Sequence record: NC_073321.1
Length of the DNA: 43,372 nt
Strand: one strand, 5' to 3'
From: Escherichia phage ZCEC5
A program made the translations under genes and the position numbers. Below, in pieces: positions 17,020-26,613 of this stretch. Position 1 is the first letter of the stretch. Each line of letters opens with the position of its first letter. The notes below the pieces were generated by a model that had not been told where the DNA came from, did no database searches, and saw only the letters and a program-made list of their open reading frames with translations.

Positions 17020-17055
17020 CATTTACCATTTACCATTAACCTGTAACCTCTTAAC
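17020..17055 (+). repeat. Five tandem heptamer repeats (CATTTAC CATTTAC CATTAAC CTGTAAC CTCTTAAC)
   Basis: Direct tandem 7-8-mers immediately upstream of the tail assembly chaperone gene. Confidence 0.4.
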
Positions 17056-17069
17056 CAAAGGACTAAAGA

Positions 17070-17486
17070 ATGAAACTTTCTGATTTTTATTTCGAAGAGA
17101 AAGCACTGGTAGGCAAGAAGATGCCGATTCTGCTGCCAAACGGCGAAGACTCCGGTGAGTGGCTTAACGTCGTAAGCCCTGACGCAGATGTCGCCGTTAA
17201 AGCGGGGCGTGCTTTCATTATCGCGTACCGACGCGGGTTGGCGCGCTTTGAAGAACTGGAAAAAGCCGCCAAAGAATCCGGCGACTATACTGAATATAAT
17301 TTGGCCATTAACGAACTGGCGGAAGACCTCAACCGGCAACTTGCGGCGGAAGTCGTAAACGGCTGGAGCTTTGACGAGCCTTTCTCTAAGGAAGCGTTTA
17401 ACAAGTTGCTCGACCAGTTCAAGGCATTAGGCACACAGGTAGCCGCGTTCCATAACGCTGAGCGCAAAGCATTACAGGAAAAGTAG
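17070..17486 (+). CDS. Tail assembly chaperone (gpG-like)
   Basis: 138 aa acidic protein directly upstream of tape measure; followed by -1 frame ORF. Confidence 0.55.
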   Translation: MKLSDFYFEEKALVGKKMPILLPNGEDSGEWLNVVSPDADVAVKAGRAFIIAYRRGLARFEELEKAAKESGDYTEYNLAINELAEDLNRQLAAEVVNGWSFDEPFSKEAFNKLLDQFKALGTQVAAFHNAERKALQEK

Positions 17487-17851
17487 ACGCGCTGTACAGG
17501 TTCGCCTCCTACGAGTTTGTGGATAAGCATAAAATCATAGAGTTTGATTCTATAGCCGACGGTCACGAACAGGCGCTTATCGCAATGGGTGTAATCGATA
17601 AGAAAAAACGTGCAGCGCGACGGGGTGGGCCAGAATGCCCGCCCCTTTTTATATCCACCTTTGAGATGTACTGTGACATTAAGTTTACGCGACACGTGCG
17701 CGAGGACGCTGTAGTATTGTTCGCAAGAGAATCCGTTACTTGGCAAGACCTGAAAGCCTATCTCGATGTTACGCAAAAACAGCTTAGCCTGTTCGAGATA
17801 GACATTATCATGGGCTTAGAAGCAATCTTTGAAGGTAGAAACAATGACTGA
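17462..17851 (+). CDS. Tail assembly chaperone -1 frameshift extension (gpGT-like), candidate
   Basis: -1 frame open from 17462, overlaps last 8 codons of the G ORF and ends overlapping the tape-measure start; weak slippery site CAG GAA AAG TAG. Confidence 0.35.
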   Translation, partial: AQSITGKVDALYRFASYEFVDKHKIIEFDSIADGHEQALIAMGVIDKKKRAARRGGPECPPLFISTFEMYCDIKFTRHVREDAVVLFARESVTWQDLKAYLDVTQKQLSLFEIDIIMGLEAIFEGRNND

Positions 17852-20117
17852 TATCGCTAGCTTGATAGTACGAGTATCCGCAACCGGCGTCGATAAAGTC
17901 ACATCACAACTGAACGGGCTTACTAAAGCCGCAGGCGCTGCGGCTGCCGCCGTTGTCAGCCTGGAAACCGCTAAGCAGGTGTTCAGTGCGCTGGTGGACT
18001 CCCAGCGAAACTTCGATAAGCTGAACTCCGGCCTCATCACAATGACCGGGAGCGCTGAGAACGCGGCTAAGGCTTTCAGCGTCCTGCAACAGTTCGCGAA
18101 AGAAACCCCATACGGTCTTAACCAGGCGGTCGAGGGCTTCACTAAGCTGGTGGCCCTCGGTCTGAACCCCAGCAAAGAGGCGTTAATCTCCTACGGCAAC
18201 ACCGCAGCAGCTATGGGTAAAGACCTTAATCAGATGATTGAGGCTGTGGCGGACGCCAGTACATTTGAGTTTGAGCGACTGAAAGAGTTTGGTATCAAGT
18301 CGTCACAGCAGGCAGATACAGTGTCGTTCACGTTCCGCGGTGTTACCACCACGGTTAAGAAGAACTCCGAAGAGATCCAGAAATACCTTCTGAATATTGG
18401 TAACACTGATTTCGCCGGGGCGATGGAGACGCGCTCGAAGACCTTAGATGGTCAGTTGTCGAGCCTTGCCGACTCCTTCGATGGTCTTGTTCTTGCGGTA
18501 GCGCAATCCGGTTTTGGCGACGCCGTGGGCGAACAGGCGGCAACAGCGGAAGATGCTATTACCGCACTCACCGACGCCATAGCGTCTAATGAGATAGCAG
18601 CCACGCTCCAGGATTGGGCGACGCTGTTCAATGAATCGTTCAAGTTTATTTCTGATGCCCTGAATGACCTGGCATACGATACCGAGGACAAATCCGTGGA
18701 TATGTCCGACTCGCTGGGGACTATACCGGACGCTATCCGAGAGTGGTTGCCTGACATCCAGCAGACATTCCATGAAGTTATTGCGTGGTTCCAGCGTATT
18801 GACGATTACGCGGTAGCGTTAGGGCAGACCCTTGCCGACGTGTTTGACCCGAGCAAAACGGCAGCGCTCACATTTAAAAACCTGACCGCTGAGGCTGACG
18901 CCGCATATGCCGCCAGCATAAAGCGCGCAGAGGCCGAATCCCAGGCCATTACCAACAGGTCTAAGCAGCGTAAGAAAGAAATTGAGGAACAGCGCAAGCA
19001 ATATGACGAGCGCAAGAAGCAAGAAATTGACTTAGCCAGCCTTGTTAATAATAAGGGCGGAGCTGGCGGGGCGGGAAATACCGACGATAAAGCGGCAAAA
19101 GCAGCCGCTAAGAAAGCTGAGCAGTTGCGGAATCAGGCGCAAGACTACCTCGACACTTTGGCCCGTCAGAACAACGACGAGTTAAAGGCTATTGACGCCC
19201 AGGAACAGCAGAAACTGGCTAAAGCAAAAGAGTTTTACAGCCAGGGCGCGTTGTCTCTGAAAGAATACGAGCAAGCAAAAACAGCTATCGTCCTCGAAGC
19301 GGGACAAAAACGACAAGATGAACTGGATAAACGCCAGAAAGAAGCCTTGGAAAAGCAGCAGAAAGGCGACGACTTCATGTCTCAGATTATGGGCCAGAAT
19401 GCCACTGAGCTTGAGCTTCTAGACATCCAGGAACAGCAGAAACTGGCGGTCGCGGATAAGTACCGTGAGCAGGGGCTTATTAGTGAGACGCAGTATCAGG
19501 CCGCGCTTAACGCCATCAACGAGCAATACGCCACCAAGCGCGCCGACGCAACGGCAACCGCCTTCGGTAACATGGCCTCAAACATCGGGTCTGCGTTGGG
19601 CGAGGCTTCTGGTGCGTATAAAGCGTTCGCTATCGTACAGGCCACTATAGCCACGTACACCGCAGCTATTGAGGCGTACAAGTCTACGGCGGCTATCCCT
19701 GTTGTTGGTCCGTTCCTTGCCCCTGTAGCCGCTGCCGCAGCCGTTGGGGCGGGTATGGCGCAGATTTCCGCTATCAGGTCCGCGCGTGAACAGGGCGGTC
19801 AGTTATCCGCGGGGCAGGCTTCTACTATCGCTGAACGTGGTAAACCCGAAGTTATCATGCCCGCTGGCGCATCGCGTGTGCGCACCGCGCAGCAGATGAA
19901 AGAAATTATGGGGCAAAACGGGTCTTCTTCCGGACCGTCCAATGTTACTATCGTAAACAACACGAGTTCTCAAATCGGCAACGTATCCACTGAGCAAGAT
20001 GATGAGGGCCGTTTGCGTATCATCATTGAAGAACAGGTTGCCGCGTCTTTGCAGAACAGCAACAGTAAGATTAGCAAGGCTCGCAAGGCCACAAGAAACG
20101 CGCCGGGGTTCAAGTAA
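17844..20117 (+). CDS. Tail tape measure protein
   Basis: 757 aa, A/Q/K-rich with long predicted helices; RBS GAAGG before ATG 17844. Confidence 0.85.
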   Translation: MTDIASLIVRVSATGVDKVTSQLNGLTKAAGAAAAAVVSLETAKQVFSALVDSQRNFDKLNSGLITMTGSAENAAKAFSVLQQFAKETPYGLNQAVEGFTKLVALGLNPSKEALISYGNTAAAMGKDLNQMIEAVADASTFEFERLKEFGIKSSQQADTVSFTFRGVTTTVKKNSEEIQKYLLNIGNTDFAGAMETRSKTLDGQLSSLADSFDGLVLAVAQSGFGDAVGEQAATAEDAITALTDAIASNEIAATLQDWATLFNESFKFISDALNDLAYDTEDKSVDMSDSLGTIPDAIREWLPDIQQTFHEVIAWFQRIDDYAVALGQTLADVFDPSKTAALTFKNLTAEADAAYAASIKRAEAESQAITNRSKQRKKEIEEQRKQYDERKKQEIDLASLVNNKGGAGGAGNTDDKAAKAAAKKAEQLRNQAQDYLDTLARQNNDELKAIDAQEQQKLAKAKEFYSQGALSLKEYEQAKTAIVLEAGQKRQDELDKRQKEALEKQQKGDDFMSQIMGQNATELELLDIQEQQKLAVADKYREQGLISETQYQAALNAINEQYATKRADATATAFGNMASNIGSALGEASGAYKAFAIVQATIATYTAAIEAYKSTAAIPVVGPFLAPVAAAAAVGAGMAQISAIRSAREQGGQLSAGQASTIAERGKPEVIMPAGASRVRTAQQMKEIMGQNGSSSGPSNVTIVNNTSSQIGNVSTEQDDEGRLRIIIEEQVAASLQNSNSKISKARKATRNAPGFK

Positions 20118-20617
20118 TGAGCGATTATTTTTTTCCACGTAGTCTTAAGCCAGTGGTGTCGAAAGGCTACTCGATGACCAGACGCAACAACGTCTGGAGT
20201 GTAGATTTAGCTGGTGGCGGGGTGCGGCAGGGCCGCGACACGTATTACGACGTGTTCCCGATAAGTGTAACCCTGATTACATCGGCGCTAGGGCGGCAGG
20301 CGTTTCTGTCGTTCCTAGAAAAAGTAGACGGCGGTGCGTCAAGTTTCTGGATGGCGCATGACTTCGGCATGGGTATTCAGGATTACCAGGTAACAATCAC
20401 GTCAACCATCGCAGAGTCCACCGAAGATGGTATTAACTGGACGATTACTTTCACGGCAACCGCCGAGAAATCGCCGTTCCAGGACCTTGAGAACCAGTGC
20501 CTGATTAACAATCTTCCAGATTTGTATGGTTGCTATGGTGACTGCCTTGGTAGTTTCCTTAAAGCCTACGGAACTGCGCAATCAACGTTTCCACGAATTT
20601 GGGACCCGATGCAATGA
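20117..20617 (+). CDS. Minor tail protein (distal tail/gpM-like, putative)
   Basis: ATGA-coupled to tape measure. Confidence 0.5.
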   Translation: MSDYFFPRSLKPVVSKGYSMTRRNNVWSVDLAGGGVRQGRDTYYDVFPISVTLITSALGRQAFLSFLEKVDGGASSFWMAHDFGMGIQDYQVTITSTIAESTEDGINWTITFTATAEKSPFQDLENQCLINNLPDLYGCYGDCLGSFLKAYGTAQSTFPRIWDPMQ

Positions 20618-21129
20618 GCCAGGAATCAGTAGAAGCAGCCTATCGCCGTAAGCTGGCCTCAAATCCCGATGGCGAGATGGACTACATCACGTTGCAAATC
20701 AGCCACCCGTTGCTATCGAAGACGTATTATCTTGTGCGCGGGCTACAGGAACTTACGGCAACACTGGAGACGGGCGAAACTATCACATTCGAACCCACCC
20801 CGATGGAAGCGTCTGGGGCAGCTAATAATAGTGATATGGACCAGACGACCACATTTACTTTACCGGATGTTCTCAATCAACTGGATGATGAGATGGATAA
20901 AATCCCGATGAGTAACACCGAGTTGCCGAAGTTCGTCTTCCGTCGTTACGTCAGCACAGACCTGTCTTATCCGGCTGACGGTCCTGTCATGTATGAGTTG
21001 CAGGCCATCAACCAGGAGAAGGGCGAGTTCTCCGCAGATGTGGGTACGCCTATGCTGAACCAACGAAGCACTGGTATACTGATGACACCTAAAGAGATAC
21101 CGTTATTACGCGGCCTGTTGACCACATGA
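20614..21129 (+). CDS. Minor tail protein (gpL-like, putative)
   Basis: ORF-track 20599..21129 frame; ATG 20614 overlaps upstream stop. Confidence 0.5.
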   Translation: MSQESVEAAYRRKLASNPDGEMDYITLQISHPLLSKTYYLVRGLQELTATLETGETITFEPTPMEASGAANNSDMDQTTTFTLPDVLNQLDDEMDKIPMSNTELPKFVFRRYVSTDLSYPADGPVMYELQAINQEKGEFSADVGTPMLNQRSTGILMTPKEIPLLRGLLTT

Positions 21130-21491
21130 ATATTAACGACTACACGGGCATACCTTACGACTTTCGCAAACGCAATTGCTGGCATCACGTGCGCATTGTC
21201 CGCGCGGATGCCGGGTTAGAAACACCGGCGTTCGACGTTACAAACCCAACGGCGATTAACGAAGCGTTTGACGAAGGCCACCGTGACACGAAGGGGCTTA
21301 CGAAGATTGATAAGCCTGAAAACTTCTGTGCGGTGCTTATGGGGTATCGCCGTGGCGGTCGTATCGTGTGGCACGCGGGAGTTTACTTCGACGGAATGGT
21401 AAGCCATTGTGAGCTTGCATCCCGTCAGGTACGGCTTGACAGGCTGGCGGACCTCAGAGACACGTACACGGAGATTGAATTTTGGCGATAA
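21126..21491 (+). CDS. Tail assembly protein, NlpC/P60-like (gpK-like)
   Basis: Cys/His motifs NCWHHV and HAGVY; ATGA-coupled. Confidence 0.55.
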   Translation: MNINDYTGIPYDFRKRNCWHHVRIVRADAGLETPAFDVTNPTAINEAFDEGHRDTKGLTKIDKPENFCAVLMGYRRGGRIVWHAGVYFDGMVSHCELASRQVRLDRLADLRDTYTEIEFWR

Positions 21492-24037
21492 TCCTGCACT
21501 ACACGCGAAACGCCGAAGGCGCTTTCGACCGTACAAAACACTTCGGGATGCCGATGGAGTTTGTCGTTAACCGTATTCCCGACGGCGTGCCTGTGCGCGT
21601 CTACCTCGGTGAGATTGGTGATGATACGGATGTTACCGACGACTTCGACGCGCTTAAAGACGAAGATGCTGTGTACCACATTATTGAGGGTGCGGGCGGC
21701 GGCATCGGCAGCGCTATTGGTAGCGTGTTTGGCTTCATCCTTAAACCTATCGCCAAGTTGTTCGGGCTTAACACGTCCGCCAATGCCAATTACACGTCTA
21801 CCAACAACCAGACAGCGTCAGCGAATAACAGCCTTACTGACCGCTCAAACAAGCCACGGCCTTACGAAAGGTCTTATGATATTTGCGGAACGGTGCAGAC
21901 TATCCCGAATGACCTGATGCAGACGTATAAAGCGTTCGACAGCACCGGTAACTTGCTGGAGTACTCCTTTTACGACGCTGGTCGGGGGCATCTGTATATC
22001 GAAGCGGATGGTGTTACGGAAGGTGATACCCGGATTAGTGATATCACTGGTTCCTCTGTTGCTGTATATGCGCCGTACACTTCACCTAACAACACAACTA
22101 CACCGCAGTTGCAAATAGGCGACGTTATAAACCAAAAGTTGTACGTTACTTTTATGAACGATGACGTTGACGGTGTTGTGCTTAAGGCGCCTAACGATTT
22201 AGGCGTAGTTTTTGACGGTGAAACGGCGTTCGTATCCGTCTCAGGCAACACCGGCACCCTAACCGAAACTTCGTCGGCGGTAGATTTCAGTGAAGACATA
22301 TCCGTAGGTGACATCGTAGTTTGCAACCCTATGTGGACGACAAACGACGTGTCCCTCACCGGAACTTACCGGGTTTTAGATGTATCAGAAAATACGGTTA
22401 CTCTGGACATTACAGGGCGCACATCCGACTGGAACGCTGCCGTAGGTTATGCCATTCGGGGAAATGACGCAGAAAACTCTATGCGGCCTACGGACACGTA
22501 CAACAAATCACTAACAGACTGGTACTACATCACCAGGGGAAGTGTTGACCGAGTCCTGGCCAACTTTGCGGGCGCAAACGGCATGTACCGTTACAACGGC
22601 AGCTACAGCACGGCAAGCGCCACGATAGAGCTGCAATTTCAGGCGGTAGACGAGCAAAGACAACCGATTAGTGATATTTACACAACACAGGTTGTAGTAA
22701 CTGGTCGCGGCACCGATTACACCGGAACAAGCGCCTATGGCTCCCTACCGACAGCAAGCAGGGTACGTGTAAGAGCGAGAAGGGTCAGCAACTCTGATAA
22801 GGATTTCGACGGTACCGTAAGCGACGAGATAACCTTCACCAACCTGTACGGGCAATCGCTGGACAACACACCTCACTACGGCAACCGAACTACCGTACAT
22901 TGCGCCCGTAAACAGACACCGCGAGCCGCCAGTATCGACAACCCGGAACTGCGCATGATTGCAACCGAGATGTGCTACAAATACCTCGGCAATGGGGTAT
23001 TCGATACGGTAATGACACCGAACACGCAAGCCGTGCAATCGCTAATCCGACTGGCGCGTGACCCGGCGGTTGGCAATCTGGAGCTGACAACGGCAAACAT
23101 GGACAAGTTACTTGCTGTGCAGGAAGAGATTGAGTCCTATTTTGGCAGTGAATTAGCAGGGCAGTTCTGCTACACGTTCGACGACTACGACACAACTATG
23201 CAGGACATTGTTCAGACCATAGCGGAGGCCGTGTTCTGTACCGCGTACCGTAAAGGTGCGGATATTATGTTGCGCTTCGACCGTCCGGTTGCTGGACCTG
23301 AGATGGTGTTCACGCACCGCAGCAAAACGACGGGTACGGAGAAATGGACGCGCACGTTCAATGATTCTACTACCTACGATAGCCTGTCGTTTTCATACAT
23401 CGACCCCGATACAAACGTACAGGAAACGATTTATATCCCGGAAGAACTCGGCGCAAACACTGAGGAATATGAGTCTAAGGGCGTGCGTAACTATCAGCAG
23501 GCGTACTGGCTGGCGTGGCGTCGCTACCAGCGCAACACGTTAAGTAAAGTTGTCGTAGAGTTCGAAGCTACGGAAGAAGGCGCCCTCGCTACCCCTGGCG
23601 GTGTAATCAGCGTGGTTAAAGGTTCACGCGTTGCGCCACAAGACGGCTATGTTGTTGCTGTTAATGGGCTTGCGCTTACGCTGTCTCAGCCAGTTACATT
23701 TACTCCGGGTGACGACCACTCCATCATCCTCAAGAAGCGCGACGGCTCGGTGCAAAGCATCTCTGTTATCAAAGGAAGCCACGACCGCGAAGTGATTATG
23801 CTCTCCGCGCCGGAGGAAGCAATCTACACGGGGAATAGTGCACTAAAAACTGAGTTTTCATTCGGCAACGAAGCAAGGCATAATGCTCATAAGATAGTTG
23901 TTTCTTCAATCGACCCGGGCGACGACCGCACGGTCAAGATTACTGGCTACAACTATGACGACGGATTCTATAAATACGACGGCGTCGCACCTTTCGGTAG
24001 CGGTTTCTCCGACGGATTCAGCAACGGTTTTAGTTAA
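21482..24037 (+). CDS. Tail tip / host-specificity protein (gpJ-like) with gpI-like N-terminal segment
   Basis: About 830-850 aa; N-terminal Gly-rich GAGGGIGSAIGSVFG segment resembling lambda gpI; start uncertain (TTG 21482 or ATG 21548). Confidence 0.55.
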   Translation: MAIILHYTRNAEGAFDRTKHFGMPMEFVVNRIPDGVPVRVYLGEIGDDTDVTDDFDALKDEDAVYHIIEGAGGGIGSAIGSVFGFILKPIAKLFGLNTSANANYTSTNNQTASANNSLTDRSNKPRPYERSYDICGTVQTIPNDLMQTYKAFDSTGNLLEYSFYDAGRGHLYIEADGVTEGDTRISDITGSSVAVYAPYTSPNNTTTPQLQIGDVINQKLYVTFMNDDVDGVVLKAPNDLGVVFDGETAFVSVSGNTGTLTETSSAVDFSEDISVGDIVVCNPMWTTNDVSLTGTYRVLDVSENTVTLDITGRTSDWNAAVGYAIRGNDAENSMRPTDTYNKSLTDWYYITRGSVDRVLANFAGANGMYRYNGSYSTASATIELQFQAVDEQRQPISDIYTTQVVVTGRGTDYTGTSAYGSLPTASRVRVRARRVSNSDKDFDGTVSDEITFTNLYGQSLDNTPHYGNRTTVHCARKQTPRAASIDNPELRMIATEMCYKYLGNGVFDTVMTPNTQAVQSLIRLARDPAVGNLELTTANMDKLLAVQEEIESYFGSELAGQFCYTFDDYDTTMQDIVQTIAEAVFCTAYRKGADIMLRFDRPVAGPEMVFTHRSKTTGTEKWTRTFNDSTTYDSLSFSYIDPDTNVQETIYIPEELGANTEEYESKGVRNYQQAYWLAWRRYQRNTLSKVVVEFEATEEGALATPGGVISVVKGSRVAPQDGYVVAVNGLALTLSQPVTFTPGDDHSIILKKRDGSVQSISVIKGSHDREVIMLSAPEEAIYTGNSALKTEFSFGNEARHNAHKIVVSSIDPGDDRTVKITGYNYDDGFYKYDGVAPFGSGFSDGFSNGFS

Positions 24038-24049
24038 AGAGGACTCTAT

Positions 24050-26047
24050 ATGTCAAGCGGATGCGGTGACGTTTTAAGCCTGGCGGATTTACAAACCGCC
24101 AAAAAACACCAGATTTTTGAAGCGGAAGTTATTACGGGTTTACAGGGCGGAATAGCGGGGGGTACACCAATAGATTACGCCACCAATCAAGTTACCGGAC
24201 AAGTGCAGAAAACTTTACCTGCCGTTTTGCGTGACGCCGGGTTCTTCCCGGCGTCCTGGGACTTTGCCGCGGGGGGCACACTTACCGAATCCGACCGAAA
24301 CAAGGTTGTATACGACCCCGTTAGCCAGACGTGGTACTCATACGCGGGTACTCTTCCTGTTACGGTTCCTGCCGGATTTAACCCGGTTGGCTCCGCAGAC
24401 TGGAAGCCACAGACGGACCCAACCGTACGTACTGACCTGGCGTCTACAAACGGCTTCGATATGGTCGGGGCTCCGGTCGGGGGTACACTCCGCACCGTCA
24501 TCCAGTACGTGACGCCAGAGCAGTACGGCGCAATCGGCGACGGCACGTTACACCCTCTTTCTGAACGTTTCGCATCTTTAGCGGCAGCGCAGGCGGTATA
24601 CCCTTTCGTCACTTCATTAACACAGTCCATCGACTGGGCGGCATGTCAGAAAGCAGAAAATGAGAACCGAGGTGTCCGCCCTATTCGCTGTCCTTTCTAC
24701 GCCAAGTATCATCTCGGCAATGACTACCTGAAGCTTGGGGAAAAGAGCAAGTGGTACGGAAACGACATGCCCAGCTTAGACCGAGACTGCACCACATTCA
24801 TTCGTGAGGGAAATAGCGGCACCTTCGGACAAAACTGTATTGTACGAGTTATGACTGCTGCCGAGGCTGGAAGCACAGATGAATTTGTGCGCGGCATTGT
24901 GTTCAAGGGCTTCCGTCTAACGCGTAACCGCCCACGTCGCTATAACAGCAAGTATGAAGGCAGTATTGGTTTCCATGCCGACCATGCTATTGGTATGCAA
25001 GTAAACGTCAGCGTTAATGGTTGTGAGTATGGGTTCCTGGGATATGTATGCTGGAACCTGTCCGGCAATATTCGCATTGATTCCTGCCACAAAGGTATTT
25101 GGCTTGACCCCGCCACAGCCACCCCAGAATACACACCAGCAGCAGGCGCTGCAATGACAGCCCTCGACCTGCGTGTTGAAGTGGATGCGTGTGTGTTTGG
25201 TCTTGTGCTTCGCCGTTGCAAGTACGGTAAGCTTTCTGGTTGGGTCGAAGGCATGATTGTCAACCCATCTGTGTATCCTATCTACGACACGGCTAATGAA
25301 ACTGCTATTGCCGTTACTACCTATAACTGTGACAGCCTCGACATTACACAGCTGGGTATTGAAGCCTGGCAGGGAGTTCACGTATACAATTATGGTGGAT
25401 CGGCGTCCATTAACGAAAGTTGGACCCCTGATTACGCTATCGTAAACACTACAGGAAAACACGGACCTTATCATGCTATGAGTGTATTGATGGCAAACAC
25501 GGAACTGTTCACTCTGCCTGCCACTGCGAATAGCATGTTTTATAACCTGAATGTTGGCTCGTTGACTGTGCGAAATCTATCTGGTGATTTCAGCAATGCT
25601 ACTACTTATGGTAGTGTCTATTTCTTAACCACAGACCAAACATCACGTATTGTGTTCGAAAACTGCGCCGTTTACTTCGGCAGTAATGCGGCAAGATTTG
25701 CACCTGGCTGGCTTGGAAATGTTGAGACTGTTGGTGGTAGATACATTGAAGATGCTATAACACCAAACGGTTATAAAAAAATCGGGCCTAACTACTTCGT
25801 TAAGACTACCTGGAGCACTAAAGCTATCAGTGCCGGGGATGGACGCGTTCAGATTGCTGTAGGTACAGACACACCATTGAATCTTAAACTGCATGATGTG
25901 CAGGCATATGTAGTTGCGAGCACTACATCTCAGCCGCTGCCTATTGCACAGGTTTCTGCCTCCGATACGGCAATTATTTTCCAGACGGCAGTAACAACTG
26001 CTGCGTTTAGCATAAACTGGAAAGCTCACGTTAGCTGGACCGCTTAA
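24050..26047 (+). CDS. Tailspike protein with beta-helix (pectate-lyase-like) depolymerase domain
   Basis: 665 aa; YGAIGDGTLHP motif typical of right-handed beta-helix glycanases; last gene of tail operon; RBS AAGAGGA. Confidence 0.65.
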   Translation: MSSGCGDVLSLADLQTAKKHQIFEAEVITGLQGGIAGGTPIDYATNQVTGQVQKTLPAVLRDAGFFPASWDFAAGGTLTESDRNKVVYDPVSQTWYSYAGTLPVTVPAGFNPVGSADWKPQTDPTVRTDLASTNGFDMVGAPVGGTLRTVIQYVTPEQYGAIGDGTLHPLSERFASLAAAQAVYPFVTSLTQSIDWAACQKAENENRGVRPIRCPFYAKYHLGNDYLKLGEKSKWYGNDMPSLDRDCTTFIREGNSGTFGQNCIVRVMTAAEAGSTDEFVRGIVFKGFRLTRNRPRRYNSKYEGSIGFHADHAIGMQVNVSVNGCEYGFLGYVCWNLSGNIRIDSCHKGIWLDPATATPEYTPAAGAAMTALDLRVEVDACVFGLVLRRCKYGKLSGWVEGMIVNPSVYPIYDTANETAIAVTTYNCDSLDITQLGIEAWQGVHVYNYGGSASINESWTPDYAIVNTTGKHGPYHAMSVLMANTELFTLPATANSMFYNLNVGSLTVRNLSGDFSNATTYGSVYFLTTDQTSRIVFENCAVYFGSNAARFAPGWLGNVETVGGRYIEDAITPNGYKKIGPNYFVKTTWSTKAISAGDGRVQIAVGTDTPLNLKLHDVQAYVVASTTSQPLPIAQVSASDTAIIFQTAVTTAAFSINWKAHVSWTA

Positions 26048-26051
26048 AAAT

Positions 26052-26078
26052 AAGGCCCCCACGGGGCCTTATTTATTT
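26052..26078. terminator. Bidirectional intrinsic terminator between convergent operons
   Basis: AAGGCCCC-CAC-GGGGCCTT followed by ATTTATTTT. Confidence 0.6.
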
Positions 26079-26297
26079 TGCGGCAATAACCCTTAATTTA
26101 TCCGTAGATAGATGATTTTTTCGTCTTGTTTCTGCCCGCACTGCCCCGTAAATGCCGGATCTACGCTGCGCCCTTATACGAACTTTCCATATCCGCATTT
26201 CTTTTTTGTGGGCTTTAATATCCCTGTAGTTCAGCCAACTCCAGAACATAATTTGCATTATTTTTATCAACAACGGTGTTTCATAATTGTATTTCAT
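26073..26297 (-). CDS. Hypothetical protein (74 aa)
   Basis: Last ORF of leftward operon, ATGA-coupled, stop abuts terminator. Confidence 0.4.
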   Translation of the reverse strand: MKYNYETPLLIKIMQIMFWSWLNYRDIKAHKKEMRIWKVRIRAQRRSGIYGAVRAETRRKNHLSTDKLRVIAAK

Positions 26298-26428
26298 TTC
26301 ATGTTCTCCAGTACAAACGCCAGTTGCGCATTAGCGGCGTCTCTCTGCTGCCGTAATCGTAGAACCTCTTCTTCGAGTTCCTTGATACGTTTTTGCAATG
26401 CCGGAATCGGGGCTATGATGTTCATCAT
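26296..26428 (-). CDS. Hypothetical coiled-coil peptide (44 aa)
   Basis: ATGA-coupled on both sides. Confidence 0.3.
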
Positions 26429-26613
26429 TCGAACTCCACCAAACCGTCGTTAAAGAACTCAGCGATTATGTAGCCCGAGTCATCGTCGTAATCGGCGACT
26501 ATCTCACCAGCGTCTTCTAAAATTACGCGATACTCAATGCCGTTATAATAAGCCTGATATTCTTCACCTTCTTCGAACTCGGGTACGTTCGAACTAACGC
26601 AAAACAGTTTCAT
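26425..26613 (-). CDS. Hypothetical acidic protein (62 aa)
   Basis: ORF track; ATGA-coupled to SNF2 helicase. Confidence 0.45.
   Translation of the reverse strand: MKLFCVSSNVPEFEEGEEYQAYYNGIEYRVILEDAGEIVADYDDDSGYIIAEFFNDGLVEFE

Noticed and set aside
16980-17339. 119-aa minus-strand ORF
   Set aside because: Overlaps the tail chaperone gene and the heptamer-repeat region on the opposite strand; no RBS.
24917-25474. 185-aa minus-strand ORF inside the tailspike gene
   Set aside because: Antisense to a well-supported gene with no promoter or RBS.
26112-26453. 113-aa plus-strand ORF
   Set aside because: Antisense to three ATGA-coupled minus-strand ORFs and downstream of the bidirectional terminator; Cys/Phe-rich, unlikely.
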